Below are positions 58,687 through 64,000 of a stretch of 64,000 nt of DNA, one piece after another (the stretch's first letter is position 1; the number at the start of each line of letters is the position of its first letter). The position numbers were made by a program, and so were the translations under genes. The notes under the pieces were generated by a model. That model had not been told where the DNA came from and did no database searches. It was given only the letters and a program-made list of their open reading frames with translations. Source of the DNA: Gemmatimonadota bacterium (GTDB lineage Bacteria > Gemmatimonadota > Gemmatimonadetes > Palauibacterales > Palauibacteraceae); the NCBI GenBank assembly GCA_039584815.1, contig JBDGXC010000007.1, positions 8,440 to 72,439 of the forward strand. Direction: 5' to 3'.

Positions 58687-60210
58687 ATGTCCACGCCAAT
58701 GGTAACCGAGCTGATGAGACGGCGAGTCCCACAGGTCGTGGGGGTGTATCTCGCCGCCGGATGGGGTCTGCTCGAGTTCACCGACTGGGCGGTCGGCCGG
58801 TTCGCCGCGTCGAACGGCGTCACGGACATCGTGGTCAGCACCTGGATCATCTTCCTTCCGATCGTCGCGATCCTCGCCTGGCGGATCGGAGCCTCGGCAG
58901 GCGAGGCGCGCGCACGCGCCGCGGAAGCGGATCCGACCAACGTCGTCGTGCTTCCGTTCACCAACCTGAGCAGCAACCGCGAAGACGAGTACCTGAGCGA
59001 CGGAATCAGCGAGGAGATCACCAACCAGCTGGCTCGCATGCAGGGCCTGCAGGTCGTGGCACGCACCTCCGCGAACGCCTACAAGGGAAAGTCGGAAGAC
59101 GTGCGGACCATAGGCCGGGAGCTGGGGGCAGGCGCCGTGCTCGAGGGCAGCGTGCAGCGGTCCGGCGATCGTCTTCGGATCACGACGCAGCTCGTGGAGG
59201 TGGAGAGCGGCTATCACCTGTGGTCCGAGCGCTTCGACCGTGAGATGAAGGACGTCTTCGCCATCGAGGACGAGATAGCGGAGAACGTGGTCAAAGCCCT
59301 CCGTGGCATCCTGCAGCAGGACGAGCGCGAGGCGCTGGCGAAGAACCCCACCGAGGATGTTCAGGCGTACGACTATTACTTGCGCGGACGGCAGTTCTTC
59401 AGGCAGAGCAGGCGCCGCAGCCTCGAGTACGCACGCCAGATGTTCGAGAGGGCGATCGAGGTCGATCCCGGGTTCGCCCTCGCGTGGGCCGGTGTGGCCG
59501 ATTCGATCTCTCTCCTGAACATGTACTACCCGTCCGCCGACCCGGATCTGGCCACGGCCGAGGAGGCCAGCGGTCGGGCGCTGGAGCTGGATCCGGATCT
59601 CCCCGAGGCACACGCGGCCCACGGCTTCGCGCTCCTGCAGTCCAGGCAGTTCGAGGAAGCGGAGGCGGAGTTCCAGACGGCGATTCGCCTCGATCCTATG
59701 GCGTTCGGCGCGCACTATTTCTACGCGCGGGGGTGTTTCCAGCAGGGGCGGCTCGAGGACGCCGCACGGCTGTTCGCGCAGGCAGCCGAGATCCGCGAGG
59801 ACTACCAGGCGGCGTTCTTCGCGGCCCAGGCGCTGGAGGCCCTCGGGCGCGAGGATGAGGCGGTCGAAGGGTACGGCCAGGCCCTGGCCGTAGCGGCGAA
59901 GTACATGGAGCTCAATCCGGACGATCCCCGCGCTGCCACCATGCGCGCCGTGGCCCTGTGCCGCGTTGGAGATCGGCCCGCGGGTCTGGAATGGGCCGAG
60001 CGGGCGCTCGAGATCGATCCGCAGGACGCAGGTGTTCGCTACAACGTCGCCTGCCTGTATGCCCTGGAGGACCAGGCCGACGAAGCGATCAAGTGCCTGG
60101 AGCGGGCCGTCGACGCCGGCTTCGGCAACCGGGACTGGATCGAACAGGATCCGGACCTGGACTCCCTGCGTGAGCACCCGCGGTTCCAGCGGCTCCTCGA
60201 CCGCGTGTGA
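58687..60210 (+). CDS. Single-pass membrane protein with a TolB-N-like periplasmic domain and TPR repeats (kinase-less sensor-like protein).
   Basis: TM helix IVVSTWIIFLPIVAILAW. The segment VVVLPFTNLSSNREDEYLSDGISEEITNQLARMQGLQVVARTSA matches the TolB-amino-terminal-like domain seen in TPR Ser/Thr kinases and adenylate cyclases. Multiple TPR units follow. Confidence 0.65.
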   Translation: MSTPMVTELMRRRVPQVVGVYLAAGWGLLEFTDWAVGRFAASNGVTDIVVSTWIIFLPIVAILAWRIGASAGEARARAAEADPTNVVVLPFTNLSSNREDEYLSDGISEEITNQLARMQGLQVVARTSANAYKGKSEDVRTIGRELGAGAVLEGSVQRSGDRLRITTQLVEVESGYHLWSERFDREMKDVFAIEDEIAENVVKALRGILQQDEREALAKNPTEDVQAYDYYLRGRQFFRQSRRRSLEYARQMFERAIEVDPGFALAWAGVADSISLLNMYYPSADPDLATAEEASGRALELDPDLPEAHAAHGFALLQSRQFEEAEAEFQTAIRLDPMAFGAHYFYARGCFQQGRLEDAARLFAQAAEIREDYQAAFFAAQALEALGREDEAVEGYGQALAVAAKYMELNPDDPRAATMRAVALCRVGDRPAGLEWAERALEIDPQDAGVRYNVACLYALEDQADEAIKCLERAVDAGFGNRDWIEQDPDLDSLREHPRFQRLLDRV

Positions 60211-60436
60211 CGGGCCCGGCGCCGCCGTGGCATGGCAACTCCCGCCTGCGCAATGTTTGCGGGGCGCTGCACCGGCTCCCGTCCGTACCGGCTGTCGCGA
60301 CTCCGCCGCGCACTCCGTAAGTCCTTCTCACAACTCGGTTTGAGGATGCTCGATCCGGTCGGTCGGGCCGGCACGCCGGTTGCGGCAGCGAAGGTCGCGA
60401 TCGTCTGACATCGACCCTCCCTACCGAGGCCGACAC

Positions 60437-61453
60437 ATGAGAACTTTTGGCTGGAGCCTCCCGGTGCTCACCGTTTGCGCGATGGCGGCCTGCGACACGG
60501 CACCGGTGGACCCGGGAACGGCGGACGGCACCTCCGACGGCACACGGCCGGTGGCCGCCTCCGTGCTGGGCCTCGTGCCCGTGCTGAACGAAGCCGACGG
60601 TCACCGATACGAGGCAGTGCTCGTGGACGACGGCATCACGTGGGCCGACGCGAAGACGGCGGCCGAGTCCACGAGCGACGATGGCTGCCAGGGATACCTG
60701 GTCTCGATCACCTCGCAGGAAGAGAACGACTTCATCGCTGCCAACCTGCCCGATGCGATTCCCTTCGCCGGGAGTGGCTACTGGATCGGCGCCGAGCAGC
60801 CGCCGGGAAGCGCCGAGCCGGCCGGCGGATGGTCCTGGGTATCCGGTGAGACGTTTGCCTACGACAACTGGACGGTCGGCCAGCCGGACGACAGTTCGCC
60901 ACTCGGCCCGGAGGCCGGGGAGGATGCCGCGCATTTCACCGGCGGGACCGGCGGATTCGGTTTCAGCGTCGAACCGACGTGGAGCGATCTGAATCGAGCC
61001 GAAACCACGCCCGGCTACGTCGTGGAGTACGATGTGGGCTGTACCCTCGCCGACGTCCTCGACCCGGCGGTGCTGGTCAAGCCCGGCGATGGCGATGAGC
61101 CTCCTCCCATCAACTCGAAGAGCCAGGGCAAGATCGCCGTGGTGGTGCTCTCCACGGGGGACGGAGTCTCGTTCGACGCGACGGCGATCGAACCCGCGAC
61201 GGTCACCCTGGGGGACGGAGAGGATGACGACGACGCGCCAGTCGCCACCAACAAGCACGGCAAGCCGATGGCCTCGTGGGAGGACGTGGACGGCGACGGC
61301 CTCGATGACGCCGTGCTCCATTTCCTCACGCAGGACCTCATGGACGATCTGGCGAACGGTGGGTTCGTGAGCGCCGAAATCGTCGTGCTGACCCTGCAGG
61401 GCGAAGCGAACGGGACGTCATTCGCAGGGACCGACGAAGTGCTCATAAGATAG
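60437..61453 (+). CDS. C-type lectin-like domain lipoprotein with an acidic Asp/Gly-rich C-terminal region.
   Basis: Lipoprotein signal MRTFGWSLPVLTVCAMAAC. CTLD motifs CQGYLVSITSQEENDFI and WIGAEQ. The C-terminal DGDGLDD and GDGEDDDDAP patches look calcium-binding-like. Confidence 0.6.
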   Translation: MRTFGWSLPVLTVCAMAACDTAPVDPGTADGTSDGTRPVAASVLGLVPVLNEADGHRYEAVLVDDGITWADAKTAAESTSDDGCQGYLVSITSQEENDFIAANLPDAIPFAGSGYWIGAEQPPGSAEPAGGWSWVSGETFAYDNWTVGQPDDSSPLGPEAGEDAAHFTGGTGGFGFSVEPTWSDLNRAETTPGYVVEYDVGCTLADVLDPAVLVKPGDGDEPPPINSKSQGKIAVVVLSTGDGVSFDATAIEPATVTLGDGEDDDDAPVATNKHGKPMASWEDVDGDGLDDAVLHFLTQDLMDDLANGGFVSAEIVVLTLQGEANGTSFAGTDEVLIR

Positions 61454-61528
61454 GTGACTGAGGGCCGCTTCCCGGCATGACTCGTCCGATCGAGCCGTCT
61501 CCTGCTGGAGTCTCCGGTTCGCCGCCGG

Positions 61529-62326
61529 CTACGGCCCGACGCGAAAGCCGAGGGCGGCCGCCGCCGCGTATACGAGGCCATAGGCCAGCTCCGCGAACCC
61601 GATTTGCTTCGCGCGAGCCGGGGTGCGCCTCGCCGATAGCCCCCGGATCGAGCGAGCCAGCAGCGCGACGAGCGCTGCCACGGCCAGGAGCGGGGCCAGC
61701 CGGATCCACCACAGCCACGCGACCGTGGCGACGGCCGCGACGTGGGCCCACGCCGAAGGTCGGCGGTCGATCCGGGCTCCGCGCTCGAGTCGCAACCGCG
61801 CGCGTACATAGAGAATGGAAGGAACGGCCCGTGCCTGCAGGATGGCCCACAGCGCCCACGCCGAGTCCCATTCCCAGCCCCCGGTGAGGGCGATGGCGGG
61901 TGCCGCGGCGGCGAGTCCCATGGGCGCTGCGAGTTCTGGGAGGAGCCGTCTTCCCCGGTTGCTCACGTCGTAGGCGGCGTACAGGACGAGCAGCGGACTC
62001 AGGATGACGAACGGAAGGAGTGGCTTCCACCCCGAGACACCCGCCGCGACGGCGAAGCCGACCAGCGCGATCGCCGCGTAGAGCACCGCGAAGCCTCCCG
62101 CCACTCGAAACCGGGGCGAGACATCGAGTCGGTGACGGTTGCGCCAGAACAGCTTGGCCGGATGCCGAATCAGGAACATCGCGCCCGTCGCGCCGGCGAT
62201 TGCCACACCTCCGACTGACGGTGCCACCAGCAGAGCCAGCACGAGGGGCTCGGCGAGGAATCCCCATCCGCCGTGCTCGACGGGCAGGGCCACGGTCTTG
62301 AATCGGGTGTTCTTCGTCGTGCTCAT
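61529..62326 (-). CDS. Hypothetical polytopic membrane protein.
   Basis: From the ATG at 62326: MSTTKNTRFKTVALPVEHGGWGFLAEPLVLALLVAP... At least six TM helices. The upstream extension in the track ORF is low-complexity. Confidence 0.5.
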   Translation of the reverse strand: MSTTKNTRFKTVALPVEHGGWGFLAEPLVLALLVAPSVGGVAIAGATGAMFLIRHPAKLFWRNRHRLDVSPRFRVAGGFAVLYAAIALVGFAVAAGVSGWKPLLPFVILSPLLVLYAAYDVSNRGRRLLPELAAPMGLAAAAPAIALTGGWEWDSAWALWAILQARAVPSILYVRARLRLERGARIDRRPSAWAHVAAVATVAWLWWIRLAPLLAVAALVALLARSIRGLSARRTPARAKQIGFAELAYGLVYAAAAALGFRVGP

Positions 62327-62372
62327 AGCGCCGGAGCATATCGCAGGGTCGCTCCCGCCGGAAGCGACGCGA

Positions 62373-62885
62373 TCAGTCGGATTCGCCCACCGGTCTCCCG
62401 CGCTCCTCGTACAGAAAGGCGCCCGGGAAGTCTGGCGGCGCTTCCTTCCGCTTGCCGCTCCAGGACTCGATGTCGATGCGGAAGACGCTCGTGCGTTGCA
62501 GCTCGTCCGCCGTGATCGGACGATAGTCACGGCCTGGACGCAGGTGCGGAGCGTACTTGTCGAGCAACAGCTGCAGGCCCCGCTCGGCCTCCGCCGGATC
62601 CTCCACCACGACCCCCCTTCCGAACACCACGACCCCCTCGTACTCGACGCTGAACTCGAGGGCCTCGTCCGCCGGGAGGAGCCGGCCCATCTCGAAGGCC
62701 GTGAACGCGACGTGCTCGTCCGACCGGACGTTGTCCCTCGTTCGCCCGGCGCGGGCCGTGTGCAGATACAGGGCGCGCCGGGCCTCGTCGAACACGAACA
62801 GGTTGGAGTTCACGAACGGCTGTCCGTCGTCGACGGTCGCGAGGACTCCGACCGGTGCCTTCCGAAGGAGCTCCGCGATCCGCAT
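62373..62885 (-). CDS. Pyridoxamine-5-phosphate-oxidase-like FMN-binding split-barrel protein.
   Basis: MRIAELLRKAPVGVLATVDDGQPFVNSNLFVFDE...LYLHTARAGRTRDNVRSDEHVAFTAF follows the PNPOx-like pattern. ATG at 62885. Confidence 0.6.
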   Translation of the reverse strand: MRIAELLRKAPVGVLATVDDGQPFVNSNLFVFDEARRALYLHTARAGRTRDNVRSDEHVAFTAFEMGRLLPADEALEFSVEYEGVVVFGRGVVVEDPAEAERGLQLLLDKYAPHLRPGRDYRPITADELQRTSVFRIDIESWSGKRKEAPPDFPGAFLYEERGRPVGESD

Positions 62886-63050
62886 GTCGTCGGTCGAGCG
62901 ATCGCTGCGCCGCAGCCTTGGTCTGTCGTCCACCGTACCTCCCGGCCCGCGGGGCGAGCCAAGCTCGTGAGTCACGTCTCCATTCCGGACCCCGCATCAT
63001 TCATGTTAACATTATGAGGCAGCGCCGGTCCCTCGTGAGAAGAGGAGAAC

Positions 63051-64000
63051 ATGAGCCTCGTTCCCGAATCGAAGCGCGATTCGAGGGGCGCGCGCCGCGC
63101 CCTGGGTCTCCTGTTCGCCATCCACGCGGTCCTTCTGCTGTTGATGCTGCGGGACTACTTCGCCGACAACGACCTGGGCTACCACATCTCGCTCGCTCGC
63201 CAGTATGCCGAGCACGGCACGTACTGGTGGGACTCGCTGAACTGGGCCCCGACCGGTCGGCCGAACCTCCAGGGACCGGCGCTGCACGTCGCGATCGCGG
63301 GCCTCGGCCGACTCCTGGGGGGCGCCGGGTGGGATTTCGTGCTCGCGTTCTCCCTCCTCGCCGTCGTGCAGTGGTCGGCCGCCGTATTCACGGCCGTGTT
63401 CTTCGCGCGCCGGTTCGGGGGAGATCGGGCGGCGCTGTTCGCCGGCGCCCTGTTCATGGGGAACATATTCTCCGCCGCCCCGTTCTTCGTGGGCGTCCCC
63501 TCCGGCTGGATCTTCATCCTCTCGGCCTGGGCGATCCACTTCTTCCTCGAGGAGCGTTACATCTGGTCGGCTCTTTTCGGGGCGTTGACCACGTACGTGC
63601 ACCTGGGAGGAGCGCCCGTCATCGGGCTCGGCATCCTGCTGGCCGCGATTCTCACTCGACGCTGGCGCGGGCTCGTCATTACCGGGTGCCTGACGCTGGT
63701 CCTCGCGTCTCCGTACATCGTCCACGTTCTCGTACACCTCGGTTGGTACAATGGCCAGCGCGGCCATGTGGCCGGATCCGTCGCCCTTTTCACCTACGCC
63801 CTCGCGGCGCCGGGCCTGATTTGGCTCCTGTGGCGACGCGAGCGCGGCCTGTTTCTTCTCTTGTGGGCGATCGCGCCGCTGGCGTGGCTTTTCCAGGACG
63901 GGCTGCGCTTCTTCCTCCAGTCGACGGTCGCTGCCTCGGCGATCGCGGGCGTCTTCGTCGCGTGGTTTCTCGACCGGTTCACGGGCGAGGAGGTACAGCA
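63051..64000 (+). CDS. Polytopic membrane protein, 3'-truncated at the window end. Possibly a glycosyltransferase/DUF2029-like membrane enzyme.
   Basis: My own translation from the ATG at 63051 (RBS agaggag): MSLVPESKRDSRGARRALGLLFAIHAVLLLLMLRDYFADNDLGYHISLARQYAEHG... It stays open to position 64000 with about nine hydrophobic helices. Confidence 0.55.
   Translation, partial: MSLVPESKRDSRGARRALGLLFAIHAVLLLLMLRDYFADNDLGYHISLARQYAEHGTYWWDSLNWAPTGRPNLQGPALHVAIAGLGRLLGGAGWDFVLAFSLLAVVQWSAAVFTAVFFARRFGGDRAALFAGALFMGNIFSAAPFFVGVPSGWIFILSAWAIHFFLEERYIWSALFGALTTYVHLGGAPVIGLGILLAAILTRRWRGLVITGCLTLVLASPYIVHVLVHLGWYNGQRGHVAGSVALFTYALAAPGLIWLLWRRERGLFLLLWAIAPLAWLFQDGLRFFLQSTVAASAIAGVFVAWFLDRFTGEEVQ

Overview
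This is a high-GC window (about 68-70% GC) with dense coding on both strands. I found no rRNA, tRNA, CRISPR array or transposase. The gene content (NarC-type nitrate reductase, S46/M3/HExxH peptidases, an ECF sigma factor paired with a TPR Ser/Thr kinase) fits a soil-type high-GC bacterium, possibly Gemmatimonadota- or Acidobacteria-like, but that is a guess.

Main content, left to right:
- A 5'-truncated acetyl-CoA synthetase (acs), an M3 peptidyl-dipeptidase lipoprotein, a membrane-anchored reductive-dehalogenase-like Fe-S protein, an ABC-F ATPase, a GNAT acetyltransferase and a UspA.
- A complete respiratory nitrate reductase locus, narC-narG-narH-narJ-narI-narK-narK2, with Thermus-like operon order. 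The second NarK carries an unusual periplasmic insertion.
- A tightly coupled three-gene unit: small membrane protein, B12-binding radical SAM enzyme, small membrane protein.
- A 1512-aa membrane-anchored protein with a degenerate MPN/JAB-like N-terminal domain and a roughly 960-aa repetitive E/A/R-rich coiled coil, preceded by a 100-aa ORF. The coiled coil is encoded by a long imperfect tandem DNA repeat.
- A candidate glycoconjugate assembly and export locus: a GH-A hydrolase fused to a GT2 glycosyltransferase and a membrane domain, an ABC exporter, three tandem protein-kinase-fold (APH/ChoK-like) phosphotransferases, a GT-B-like protein, a secreted/outer-membrane protein and an NAD-binding protein that lacks a canonical start codon.
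- Further right: a two-subunit IorAB-type molybdenum hydroxylase, an ECF sigma factor with a Ser/Thr kinase, S46 and HExxH peptidases, an outer-membrane barrel, a TPR sensor-like protein and a C-type-lectin-like lipoprotein.

The six-frame track also contains many long antisense or alternate-frame ORFs. These are typical artefacts of high-GC DNA and are listed as rejected.
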